Assembly (NCBI GenBank): GCA_963664405.1
Contig: OY761158.1
Location: 1,344,001 to 1,408,000, forward strand
Direction of reading: 5' to 3'
DNA length: 64,000 nucleotides
Origin: Thermoanaerobaculia bacterium
GTDB lineage: Bacteria; Acidobacteriota; Thermoanaerobaculia; Multivoradales; Multivoraceae
In this document: one piece after another, positions 47,898 through 56,199 of the stretch
Layout of the letters: each line of letters begins with the position of its first letter
How positions within the stretch are numbered: position 1 is the first letter of the stretch
The notes under the pieces: generated by a model
Told to the model about the DNA's origin: nothing
Seen by the model: only the letters and a program-made list of their open reading frames with translations
The model's database searches: none
Position numbers and translations under genes: made by a program

Positions 47898-48094
47898 ACA
47901 TATCTGCTGCCCAGAAGGGGCCTCGCCGGCTTCTGGGCTCCTCAAAGCTCCTTGAATTGGGGCGGGGGGTTCTGCGCCCGCGCGCATCTAACCCCACAAG
48001 AAGAGAAAACCGTGTCGCCAGCGGCGCCGCGGAGCGGCTCCCTCGAGTGCGTCGAAGGACCGCAAGCGTAATGACCCATTCAGGAGCGAATCAA

Positions 48095-49108
48095 ATGAGA
48101 ATCTCGAGAATCCCCCGCCATCGCCGCTACCTCGCCCTCTTTCCAGGCCTGGCACTGTTTACCACCCTGCTGCTTGTCGGCGCCACAACCAGCTTTGCGA
48201 CCGGGTGCGAAGACACCGCCGATGCGATGCTGCTCTCCTGCCTTCACGAGGGCAAGGACGACTTCTGGTCAGGTACCGGCATCTGTCTCAACGGAACGGA
48301 CGGCAGGTGCCAGAGAGGTGTCAGAAAGGAGCAGAAGGCGATGAAGAGGGAGTGCCGGGCACAGCACGAAGCCCGCCTCGAGCTCTGCGACGATCTGGGC
48401 GAGGATCGCTACGACCCGTCGTGGGACCCAGATGACTTCACCGATGACTTCAATGGCCTGAACCCCTACTTCCCGCTGGAGGTCGGCAACTTCTGGGTCC
48501 TCGAGGGCGGCGGGGAAACGATCGCGATCGAGGTTCTCGACGAGACCAAGTACATCGATGGCGTCACCTGCATCGTCGTCAGGGACCTCGTTAGTGAAGA
48601 CGACGAGGATCTCGAAGACACCGACGACTGGTACGGCCAAGCCACCAATGGAGACGTCCACTACTGCGGCGAGCTCTCTCGTGACTTCGTCTATGTCGAG
48701 GGAGACATGCCGCTACTCCGAGAGCTCTTCGAGATCGAGGGCTCCTTCAAGGCTGGACGAGACGGCGACAAGCCGGGGATCTTGATGTTCAGTAGCCCGA
48801 TGACTGGACAGAAGTACCGGCAGGAGTGGTCCCTCGGCAACGCCGAAGACGTAGCCGAGGTCCTCTCTCACACCTACAGCTTCGGTTCGGATCCGGACCT
48901 CGACGAGTTTGCACCCGCAGGCCTGGTGAATCTCCTGTGCAACGGCGACTGTGTAGTGACGGAAGACTCATCACCTCACGATCCCGGCGAGGTGGAGTAC
49001 AAGTACTACGCTCCCGGTATCGGCCTTTTTCTTGAAGTCAAGCCGGAGGACGGCGAGGTTTTCGAGCTCGTCGAGTGCAACATGGACGCCCGCTGCAACA
49101 TGCTCTGA
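48095..49108 (+). CDS. Secreted Cys/Asp-rich hypothetical protein
   Basis: Signal peptide, 12 Cys, NPYFPL, EDTDDWY, YRQE, KYYAPGIG. Confidence 0.8.
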   Translation: MRISRIPRHRRYLALFPGLALFTTLLLVGATTSFATGCEDTADAMLLSCLHEGKDDFWSGTGICLNGTDGRCQRGVRKEQKAMKRECRAQHEARLELCDDLGEDRYDPSWDPDDFTDDFNGLNPYFPLEVGNFWVLEGGGETIAIEVLDETKYIDGVTCIVVRDLVSEDDEDLEDTDDWYGQATNGDVHYCGELSRDFVYVEGDMPLLRELFEIEGSFKAGRDGDKPGILMFSSPMTGQKYRQEWSLGNAEDVAEVLSHTYSFGSDPDLDEFAPAGLVNLLCNGDCVVTEDSSPHDPGEVEYKYYAPGIGLFLEVKPEDGEVFELVECNMDARCNML

Positions 49109-49139
49109 GTCTTCGTCGGCTAACCGAATCAGACCCCAG

Positions 49140-49182
49140 AGGCGGGAGGCTCGGCGAGTGCGTCGGGCCTCTCGCCTTTCTT
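49140..49182 (+). terminator. Probable intrinsic terminator
   Basis: AGGCGGGAGGCTCGGCG-AGTG-CGTCGGGCCTCTCGCCT followed by TTCTT, ~30 nt after the stop. Confidence 0.6.
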
Positions 49183-49266
49183 GCGTCGGCAGCACCTCGC
49201 GCCTAATGATGGCATCGTCGTTTCGCAATAATTCGATAGAATATGTGCGACTCGAGGAGAACCGTC

Positions 49267-50034
49267 ATGAAACCTGCTCGAAGCGCAATTGCACTGCTCT
49301 GCCTCTCTCTGATCGCTGTAGTCCCGGCGGCGGCTGATGTCTTCGTAACCCGAGATGGCCAGAGATTCGAGACCCAGGGGCCGTGGGAAGAAAAATCAGG
49401 CCGGCTGGTCTTCACCTCGTCGAAGGGAGTCCTTTCGTCGATCAGACTGACTGAGGTCGATATCGACGAGAGTCGCAAGGCGACCGAAGCAGCTGCAAAC
49501 CCGCCAGCCAAGGCACCGCCTGTTGTCAAGGAGCGCGCCAAGCCGGTTCTCGTGCTCACCGACGAGAGTCTACGGCCACGGCAGGATCCGATGGTCCAGC
49601 CAAGCGCACCGGCCACTGGCGCCGAGATCCAAGTGCCGCAGGACGAGCTCGAGGCCGCGATGACGGAGCTCACCGGTGAGCTGGGAAAGGCGATGGAAGA
49701 GATGGGCGAGGTGCTCGTCGAGGGTGTTACCGAGGGGATGGAGCAGATGGGCGACATGCTCGGTGGATTGATGGGTGCTCTGGCCGAGATGGCTCCTCGT
49801 CTCCAGCGCCTGGAGACCGAGTACGACCTCGACTCCGCTGACGGCATCAGGGCTGCGGCGCCGGAGCTCGAGGCAGTGGCCGGCGAGATGCGCCAGAAAG
49901 CGAGCGCCGCTGAAGACCCCAGTGTCGCAGAGATGCTGCGCTCGATGGCAGATCAGATGAAAGAAGTGGCGGGTCTGGCTCGTACTGATCCTGAAGCCGC
50001 ACTGGCGAAGCGTAAAGACAGTCCACAGATCTAA
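49267..50034 (+). CDS. Secreted hypothetical protein with helical Met/Glu-rich C-terminus
   Basis: GAGGAG RBS, signal peptide ending PAAA, coding-like composition. Confidence 0.75.
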   Translation: MKPARSAIALLCLSLIAVVPAAADVFVTRDGQRFETQGPWEEKSGRLVFTSSKGVLSSIRLTEVDIDESRKATEAAANPPAKAPPVVKERAKPVLVLTDESLRPRQDPMVQPSAPATGAEIQVPQDELEAAMTELTGELGKAMEEMGEVLVEGVTEGMEQMGDMLGGLMGALAEMAPRLQRLETEYDLDSADGIRAAAPELEAVAGEMRQKASAAEDPSVAEMLRSMADQMKEVAGLARTDPEAALAKRKDSPQI

Positions 50035-50072
50035 ACGCGCCGACACTCGTCTCGGCGGAGTAGAATCCAGGG

Positions 50073-51311
50073 ATGAGAAAAGACACGGAGTCCTCCGTGA
50101 TGTCGCGCCGGCAGTTGCTCTCCTCGACCGGTCTCGGAATCGCCGGCCTGTCAATTCAAGGCCTGGCACGGCCCGCGGAGGCTCTGGCAAGGGCGCAGAC
50201 AGCGGGGCACGACCTCCTTACCACCAGGATCGAAGTGGACGTGGTGCGAGTTACCCACCGAACCAACTGGATCTTCGTGCGACTGGGAACGAATAAGGGG
50301 CTGACGGGCTTGGGAGAGGCTTCTTTGGGCCGAGCCACCTCGCTTCCCGAGCTCGAGCAGTTCTTTGCCTTCATCGACGGAGAATCGCCACTCGACATTC
50401 TCGGCTACCGGAGACGGGCATGGGCAGCCGCAGGCGGCGGAAGGCCTGCGGCGACGGCATTCAGTGCTATCGAGCAGGCACTCTGGGATCTCACTGGGAA
50501 GGCGCTCGGGGCCCCCATCCATCAGCTCTTCGGCGAGCGGAACGCCCGGCCGCTGCCGGTGTACGCAAACATCAACCGAGCGACCACAGAGCGGACACCC
50601 AGCGGATTCGCCGAGAACGCACGTAAAGCGGTCGGCGAAGGATTCAGTGCGATCAAGGCTGCCCCCTTCGATGGCTTTCCCGGCCCGGGCTCGTCCTCGG
50701 CCGATATCCGCAAGGCAGTCGACCTGGGAATCGACTGCATCGCCGAGATGCGATCTGCGATTGGCGACGACGTCAAGCTCAAGATCGACGCCCACAGCAA
50801 CTTCGACGTCGACTTGGCCGTCGACGTAGCTCGGCGGATCGAGCACCTCTCGCTATCGTGGTACGAAGAACCGGTGACGCCGGAAGATCTGGAGTCCACC
50901 TTGGCCATTCGCGACGCCATTTCTCAGCGACTCGCCGGCGGTGAGTTTCTCTTCGCGGTCGAGGGATTCAGGCCTCTGTGTCTGGAGCAAGCAGTGGACG
51001 TCATCATGCCGGACGTCAAACATTGTGGAGGCGTACTCGAGATGAGCAGGATCTCTTCGCTCGGAGAGGCCCAGGGCATCGCAGTAGCACCACACAATCC
51101 GAGCGGACCGGTATCCACCGCGGCCTCCGCTCAGATCTGTAGCGCACTCCCCAACTTCGAGATCCTCGAGTTCCAATGGGGCGAGGCATCCTGGCGGGCA
51201 GACCTGGTAGACCCACCGGAGAACTTTCAGAAAGGGGAGCTCGTCCCCGCCGAAGGACCCGGTCTAGGCGTAACCCTAAACGAAAAGGTCCTGAGAGAGC
51301 ACCTCCTCTAG
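50073..51311 (+). CDS. Mandelate racemase/galactonate dehydratase-like enolase with Tat signal
   Basis: SRRQLL; GLGEA, SAIEQALWD, KAAPFD, IDAH, WYEEP, GE, PDV, APHNPSGP. Confidence 0.9.
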   Translation: MRKDTESSVMSRRQLLSSTGLGIAGLSIQGLARPAEALARAQTAGHDLLTTRIEVDVVRVTHRTNWIFVRLGTNKGLTGLGEASLGRATSLPELEQFFAFIDGESPLDILGYRRRAWAAAGGGRPAATAFSAIEQALWDLTGKALGAPIHQLFGERNARPLPVYANINRATTERTPSGFAENARKAVGEGFSAIKAAPFDGFPGPGSSSADIRKAVDLGIDCIAEMRSAIGDDVKLKIDAHSNFDVDLAVDVARRIEHLSLSWYEEPVTPEDLESTLAIRDAISQRLAGGEFLFAVEGFRPLCLEQAVDVIMPDVKHCGGVLEMSRISSLGEAQGIAVAPHNPSGPVSTAASAQICSALPNFEILEFQWGEASWRADLVDPPENFQKGELVPAEGPGLGVTLNEKVLREHLL

Positions 51312-51321
51312 ACCAGCCAAC

Positions 51322-51355
51322 CGCTGGAAATGATACCCATCATTTCCGAAGGCTA
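51322..51355. repeat. Family A palindrome unit (partial copy 5)
   Basis: GGAAATGATACCCATCATTTCC between convergent stops. Confidence 0.7.
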
Positions 51356-51964
51356 CCCCTTGGCCAACACCTTGGCGTTCTTCTTCTGCTGCTTCTGATA
51401 CTGCTTGGACATCTTGTCCAGAGCTTTCTCGAGCGTCTTCTCCTGCTTGTCAGGATTCTCGGAAACGGTGGCTGTCGCCATGCCGCGCCACACCATCTGC
51501 TCCTTCTTCGCGTCCCAGATATCGATGACTAGGGTGCCCTTGGTGTAAGTCGAGACGGTGGTGCTATAGCTGCCGCCGTAGCCGCCGTAACCACCGTAAT
51601 AGCCACCTCTACGCCAGCCGGAGCCATACCAGCCAGAGCCGTAGCCGTAGCCGAGGCTATCGTGATCGACGCGGAGCTCCTCCTTCTCGGCGGTGTGGTA
51701 GGTCACCCAGAGATCGGGGTCTTGTTGAACCAACTCGCCAGGGCTTGGCGCGGTCTCGAGCTGCCGCTTGATGGCGTTCTGCACCCGAGTATGACCGAGC
51801 TGGTTGGTGTCGCGCAGATCCTCGGGCGACTCACGGAAGGCGAAGGTCTTGTACTGGCTGAAGTCGGCGGTCTCGTCGAAGTCGATGTACACCTTTTGTG
51901 CGGTCAAGGGAGCGGCGAGAACAGCCGCGACGAAACAGATAAGGATGAGCCTATTCGCAGTCAT
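51353..51964 (-). CDS. DUF4136 family secreted protein
   Basis: DFSQYKTF, Gly/Tyr-rich loop, GTLVIDIWD..VWRG. Confidence 0.88.
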   Translation of the reverse strand: MTANRLILICFVAAVLAAPLTAQKVYIDFDETADFSQYKTFAFRESPEDLRDTNQLGHTRVQNAIKRQLETAPSPGELVQQDPDLWVTYHTAEKEELRVDHDSLGYGYGSGWYGSGWRRGGYYGGYGGYGGSYSTTVSTYTKGTLVIDIWDAKKEQMVWRGMATATVSENPDKQEKTLEKALDKMSKQYQKQQKKNAKVLAKG

Positions 51965-52080
51965 GAGATCTCCAGGGATGGTTTGGAAGGAGGGCCGCTG
52001 CAGAGAAGCCTGCCGCAGAGCGGACGAATCATCAGTCTAGCGAACCTTGTACGCAGCCATCAACCCATCCGCCGAAGCCA

Positions 52081-53760
52081 CTATTCCCCGCTCCCGGCTC
52101 CAGAGTGAAAACGCAAGAGCAGAATGTTCTGGCGGCTGAGCGTCGTCTCGTAGAGAATGCTCTTGCGGGCCTCGGCTTGCGGCGAGAGGGGTTCAAGGCG
52201 ATCCACGGCAGCAAGCACGAGCACTTCCTGGCCTGTCGCCAACTCGGGTGCGAGATCCTCCGGATCGATCTCCTCGAAGTAGATACCTTCGGAGTACAGA
52301 TTGACGTGTCGGAGGATGTACTCGATCCTCCTCGGTAGCCTCAACTCGACCGCCAGGAGCTTGCTCTCCGCAGGCATCTGGGCGACAGCCTCTTCCACCT
52401 TGGCGGCGAGCTCACGCCCCGACTTGCTCGGGTTCAAGGCCGGATAGAGAAAAGTCGAGATCGCGAGCAATAAGACCGCCATCGTCACCGCGGTCGCTCG
52501 GACCACCGTCTCGCTGCGCCCTCGAATCGCCGCCAGGAGAATAGCCCCCCCTCCAACCAGCAGCACGGCGGCGAGAAGAATCGCTGCCGCGAGAAGGTCT
52601 GGATAGAGTCGTTTCGCGGCCAGAGGCGCCGTAATCCCGGCGAGGAGCAGTATCGCGGCACAGAGGCCTTGAGGCACAGTTACCCAACGAGTGCCCGGTC
52701 TTGGCACTCCGGAATCGTCCGACTCCCGAGCCCCGGTGGCCAAAGTGAGCAACCCGGCGATGAGAATCGCCAAGGCGGGAAGGGCCGGAAGTATGTAGAG
52801 GTCGCGCTTCTCGGTCGAGACCGTGAAGAAAGTCACGACGAAGACCGAGTGCAGAAGTAGGTAGCGCGTTCCGGCGTCGCGCCGGTCGCGCCACGCAACC
52901 AACAACGCGCCCGGAAGCAGGAGGCTCCAAGGCGCGAGGGCATAGGGCAGAACCGTGAGGTAATACCAGGGCGGTTGGGCATGGTGCATACCGCGTATGC
53001 CACGCTCCACGAAGTGCTCGCGAAGGGCGCCGGCGACGGTGTAGCCCTCGACGGGGAAGATCGCGACGGAGCCGATCCACAAACCGACGATGGCCACGAA
53101 GAGCAGGGGGCCTGAGAACGGAGCGAAGGAGCGCCACCGGGACAGCGAACGATCCGACAACAAGGTCAGGATCGCGATCCCGACCGGCAGGAGTACTCCG
53201 ACCGGCCCCTTCGCCAGCGCGGCGAGGGCGACTGCCCCCCAGAACACGAGACCAGCGCGTCTCCCCGGCCGCGCACCTGAACGGAACTCTTCGAAAGCGG
53301 AGAGGGCGATCAGGATCAGGAAGCAGAGAAGGGCATCGATCTGTGCCCAACGCGCCTTCTCCCAGAACATATACATGGTTACCAGGATCACCCCTGCGAG
53401 CACGGCGGTGGTGGGACCGTAGATGCGTCGCGCGAGTCGAAGGGTCAAAGCGACCGTGCCCAGTGCCGCCAGCATCGACGGAAGCCGCGCGGTAAAGGAC
53501 GAGACGCTTCCGAAGGGCATCGAGAAGAGAGCGATCAACCAAAAGAACAGCGGCGGCTTGTCGCTCGACACCTGGCCGTTGATGTGGGGTACCAGCCATT
53601 GACCATCCGCAATCATCTCGCGAGCGCCCTCGGCGAAGTAGGGCTCGTCGGGCGCCCAGACGTCGTAGCCCCAAAGGTTCCAAACGAACAGGGCCGCCGC
53701 CAGGACCAGCAGCGCTCGTCTCTGCGATTCGTAGTTGCCGAGGAAGCTCTGGGGAAGCAT
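52081..53760 (-). CDS. ArnT/GT39-like membrane glycosyltransferase
   Basis: DEPYF, DKPPLFFW, ARLPS, LAKGPVG, HAQPPWYY, KRDLYILP. Confidence 0.92.
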   Translation of the reverse strand: MLPQSFLGNYESQRRALLVLAAALFVWNLWGYDVWAPDEPYFAEGAREMIADGQWLVPHINGQVSSDKPPLFFWLIALFSMPFGSVSSFTARLPSMLAALGTVALTLRLARRIYGPTTAVLAGVILVTMYMFWEKARWAQIDALLCFLILIALSAFEEFRSGARPGRRAGLVFWGAVALAALAKGPVGVLLPVGIAILTLLSDRSLSRWRSFAPFSGPLLFVAIVGLWIGSVAIFPVEGYTVAGALREHFVERGIRGMHHAQPPWYYLTVLPYALAPWSLLLPGALLVAWRDRRDAGTRYLLLHSVFVVTFFTVSTEKRDLYILPALPALAILIAGLLTLATGARESDDSGVPRPGTRWVTVPQGLCAAILLLAGITAPLAAKRLYPDLLAAAILLAAVLLVGGGAILLAAIRGRSETVVRATAVTMAVLLLAISTFLYPALNPSKSGRELAAKVEEAVAQMPAESKLLAVELRLPRRIEYILRHVNLYSEGIYFEEIDPEDLAPELATGQEVLVLAAVDRLEPLSPQAEARKSILYETTLSRQNILLLRFHSGAGSGE

Positions 53761-53782
53761 GCGGTCGACTCTCCTCCACCCG

Positions 53783-55636
53783 CTACTCGGCTCGCTCCGG
53801 CATCCAACTCTCGAGCCAGTACTGGAACATCACCAGAGCCCAAAGCGGGCGAGCGTGGTTCCTCGCTCCGGATCGGTGCTCGGCGAGAGTCCGCTCTACG
53901 AAGAGTGGGCTGAAGATCTCCTGCTTGCCAAGGCGAGCCGGGTCGAGAAGACGATCGACCTCGGCGCGCAGACCCTTATCGATCCAATCCGCGATCGGAA
54001 CACTGAGGCCGCGCTTCTTGCGATGAATCAGCGCCGATGGTATCCACTCTTCGGCAGCCTTCTTCAGCAGCCACTTGGTCTTCACCCCACGGAGCCGGTC
54101 CCGCACCGGCAAGCCCAGAGCGGCGATGGTGAGCTGCGCGTCGAGAAAGGGTGCCCGCGCCTCTAGAGAGCTGAGCATGGTCGCTCGGTCGATCTTGACC
54201 AGTAGGCCATCGCGAAGGTAAGTGGCGTAGTCGAGCAGCATCGCGCCGGCGAGCCCGGAGGGGAGGGTGTCGGTGAGAGTGCTCGGAAATGCGCTAACGG
54301 TCTTCGCCTCCAGCAGGGCACCTTGAGCCCCCGCACCGAACCATGCCTCATGCCGTACAAGCATGGGCTCACCCAACTGGTCGAAGAAGCGAGACAACAG
54401 ATACTGCAACGGCACCTTCTGCCGTGAAGCAGGCAAGCTGTCGACCAGCCGACCCAGAGGCCTTATCAGCCTTCCGAGCGCTCCCTCGAGCATTCCGGCA
54501 AAGCGATGCCCCACATAGGTCGGATAACCGCCGAAGAGCTCATCCGCACCTTCGCCGCTCAAGGCAACAGTGACATGCTCGCGAGCTTCACGGGCGATCA
54601 AGTAGGTCGGAAGAACAGCCGGGTCCGCTATGGGCTCCGCAACTCCGGAAGTAACCGCGTGCAGAGCCTCGGAAAGCGAAGCGGGGTCGACGACGACTTC
54701 GTGATGATAGGAACCGATGCGGCGAGCGAACTCGGCCGCCAGGTTGCCTTCGTCGTACGAGTCGTCGCTGAAACGTGCAGTGAAGGTGTGGAGTCGCTCG
54801 CTCATTTCTTCCGCAGCGATATTGGCGAGGAGGGCTGAATCGAGCCCACCGCTGAGAAACACACCCACCGGGACGTCCGCCTGCAGCTGCGAGGTGACCG
54901 CGTCACGCAGCAGCCGACGCAGATCGACAACCGAGAGAGTCGTGGTTTCTGCTTCGGTGGCGAAAGCCTCGGGAGTCCAATAGCGCTCGCAAGACTCGTC
55001 ATGGTCCTTGAAGCGTAGCCAACTCCCGGCGGGGACTTTGCGAATCTCGCGGAACAGAGTGCGCGGCTCCGGAACGTAGCCGAGCGTGAGGTATTGATGC
55101 AGCGCTTCGAAGTCGAGGCTTCGCGTCAGCACTCCCCCTACCAGCAGGGTCTGAATCTCGGAGGCGAACCAGACCTCGTTCCCGACCCGCGCATAGAAGA
55201 GTGGCTTCTCCCCCGCCCGGTCCCGCGCCAGCAGCAAGGTATCGGCCTCGCCGTCCCACACCGCAAGGCCGAACATACCTTCCAGGGCGGCGACACCCTG
55301 GGCTCCCTGCTCGAGATACAGGGGAAGGATGACCTCGACATCGCAGCGAGTCGTGAAGGGATAGGCAGGATGACGCTGCCTCAGCTCGAGGTGGTTGTAG
55401 ATCTCGCCGTTACAAGCGATCCAGGTGCGTCGTTCCGGGCTGCTGAAGGGCTGGTCGGCTCGTTCACGAAGATCGATCACCCGCAGCCGGCGGCAGCCGA
55501 GCCCGACGTGACCCGCGACATGAGTGTTGCCACCATCGGGCCCGCGGTGGCGAAGAGAGACCGCCATATCCTCGAGCAGATCGGGAAAGCGCAAGGGCTC
55601 CCCCAGAGTCGAATACATGCCGAAGATCCCGCACAC
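53783..55636 (-). CDS. asnB: Asparagine synthase (glutamine-hydrolysing)-like amidotransferase
   Basis: MCGI, HRGPD, NGEIYN, RDRAGEKPL, LSGGLDS, SGEGADELFGGY, LEARAPFLD. Confidence 0.95.
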   Translation of the reverse strand: MCGIFGMYSTLGEPLRFPDLLEDMAVSLRHRGPDGGNTHVAGHVGLGCRRLRVIDLRERADQPFSSPERRTWIACNGEIYNHLELRQRHPAYPFTTRCDVEVILPLYLEQGAQGVAALEGMFGLAVWDGEADTLLLARDRAGEKPLFYARVGNEVWFASEIQTLLVGGVLTRSLDFEALHQYLTLGYVPEPRTLFREIRKVPAGSWLRFKDHDESCERYWTPEAFATEAETTTLSVVDLRRLLRDAVTSQLQADVPVGVFLSGGLDSALLANIAAEEMSERLHTFTARFSDDSYDEGNLAAEFARRIGSYHHEVVVDPASLSEALHAVTSGVAEPIADPAVLPTYLIAREAREHVTVALSGEGADELFGGYPTYVGHRFAGMLEGALGRLIRPLGRLVDSLPASRQKVPLQYLLSRFFDQLGEPMLVRHEAWFGAGAQGALLEAKTVSAFPSTLTDTLPSGLAGAMLLDYATYLRDGLLVKIDRATMLSSLEARAPFLDAQLTIAALGLPVRDRLRGVKTKWLLKKAAEEWIPSALIHRKKRGLSVPIADWIDKGLRAEVDRLLDPARLGKQEIFSPLFVERTLAEHRSGARNHARPLWALVMFQYWLESWMPERAE

Positions 55637-55710
55637 GATGACTACACCCAGCCCACCGAGCAGGCTCTCAACCAGGTTGATAGGCTGCGATTATAACCAG
55701 GGAGTCTTGC

Positions 55711-56199
55711 ATGCCGAAATCGCTCGTCATCTTGTGTTTTGTCGCCGGCGCGGCCCTGTCTTGGGGGTTCTATGTGCCTACGGTTCACCGCGCTTCAGTC
55801 CTGCTGAATAGCAATCTCCGCGCTTTCCTCTTCGTCGGCATTGCGTACTTTCTGGTCGCCGTTCTGGTGCCGGTGTTCTTGATCTTCGTGCTGAAGGTCG
55901 ATCCCACCGCCAAGGCAGTGCCAAACTTCGACTTCGGGCCCATGATGTGGGGAATCGCCGCCGGAGTCTCCGGAGCCGTTGGAGCCCTCTGTATCATCTT
56001 CGCCGTTACCAAGGCGGGGCCAGGCGGTGCCATCTACGTGGCTCCGTTGGTCTTCGCCGGCGCGCCGATCGTGAATACCATCGCCACCATGACCCTCTTC
56101 CACCCGGTCAAGACCATGCCGGACTGGCGCTTCTTCTTCGGCCTCGCTCTCGCCGCCGGAGGCATGGTGATGGTGACGATCTTCAAACCGTCGAGTTGA
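55711..56199 (+). CDS. Small membrane protein (EamA/DMT-like)
   Basis: Five hydrophobic segments, SWG..P, VAPLVFAGAPIVN. Confidence 0.75.
   Translation: MPKSLVILCFVAGAALSWGFYVPTVHRASVLLNSNLRAFLFVGIAYFLVAVLVPVFLIFVLKVDPTAKAVPNFDFGPMMWGIAAGVSGAVGALCIIFAVTKAGPGGAIYVAPLVFAGAPIVNTIATMTLFHPVKTMPDWRFFFGLALAAGGMVMVTIFKPSS

Noticed and set aside
51560-51665. Low-complexity GCCGTA repeats
   Set aside because: Encode the usual Gly/Tyr-rich loop of DUF4136 proteins.
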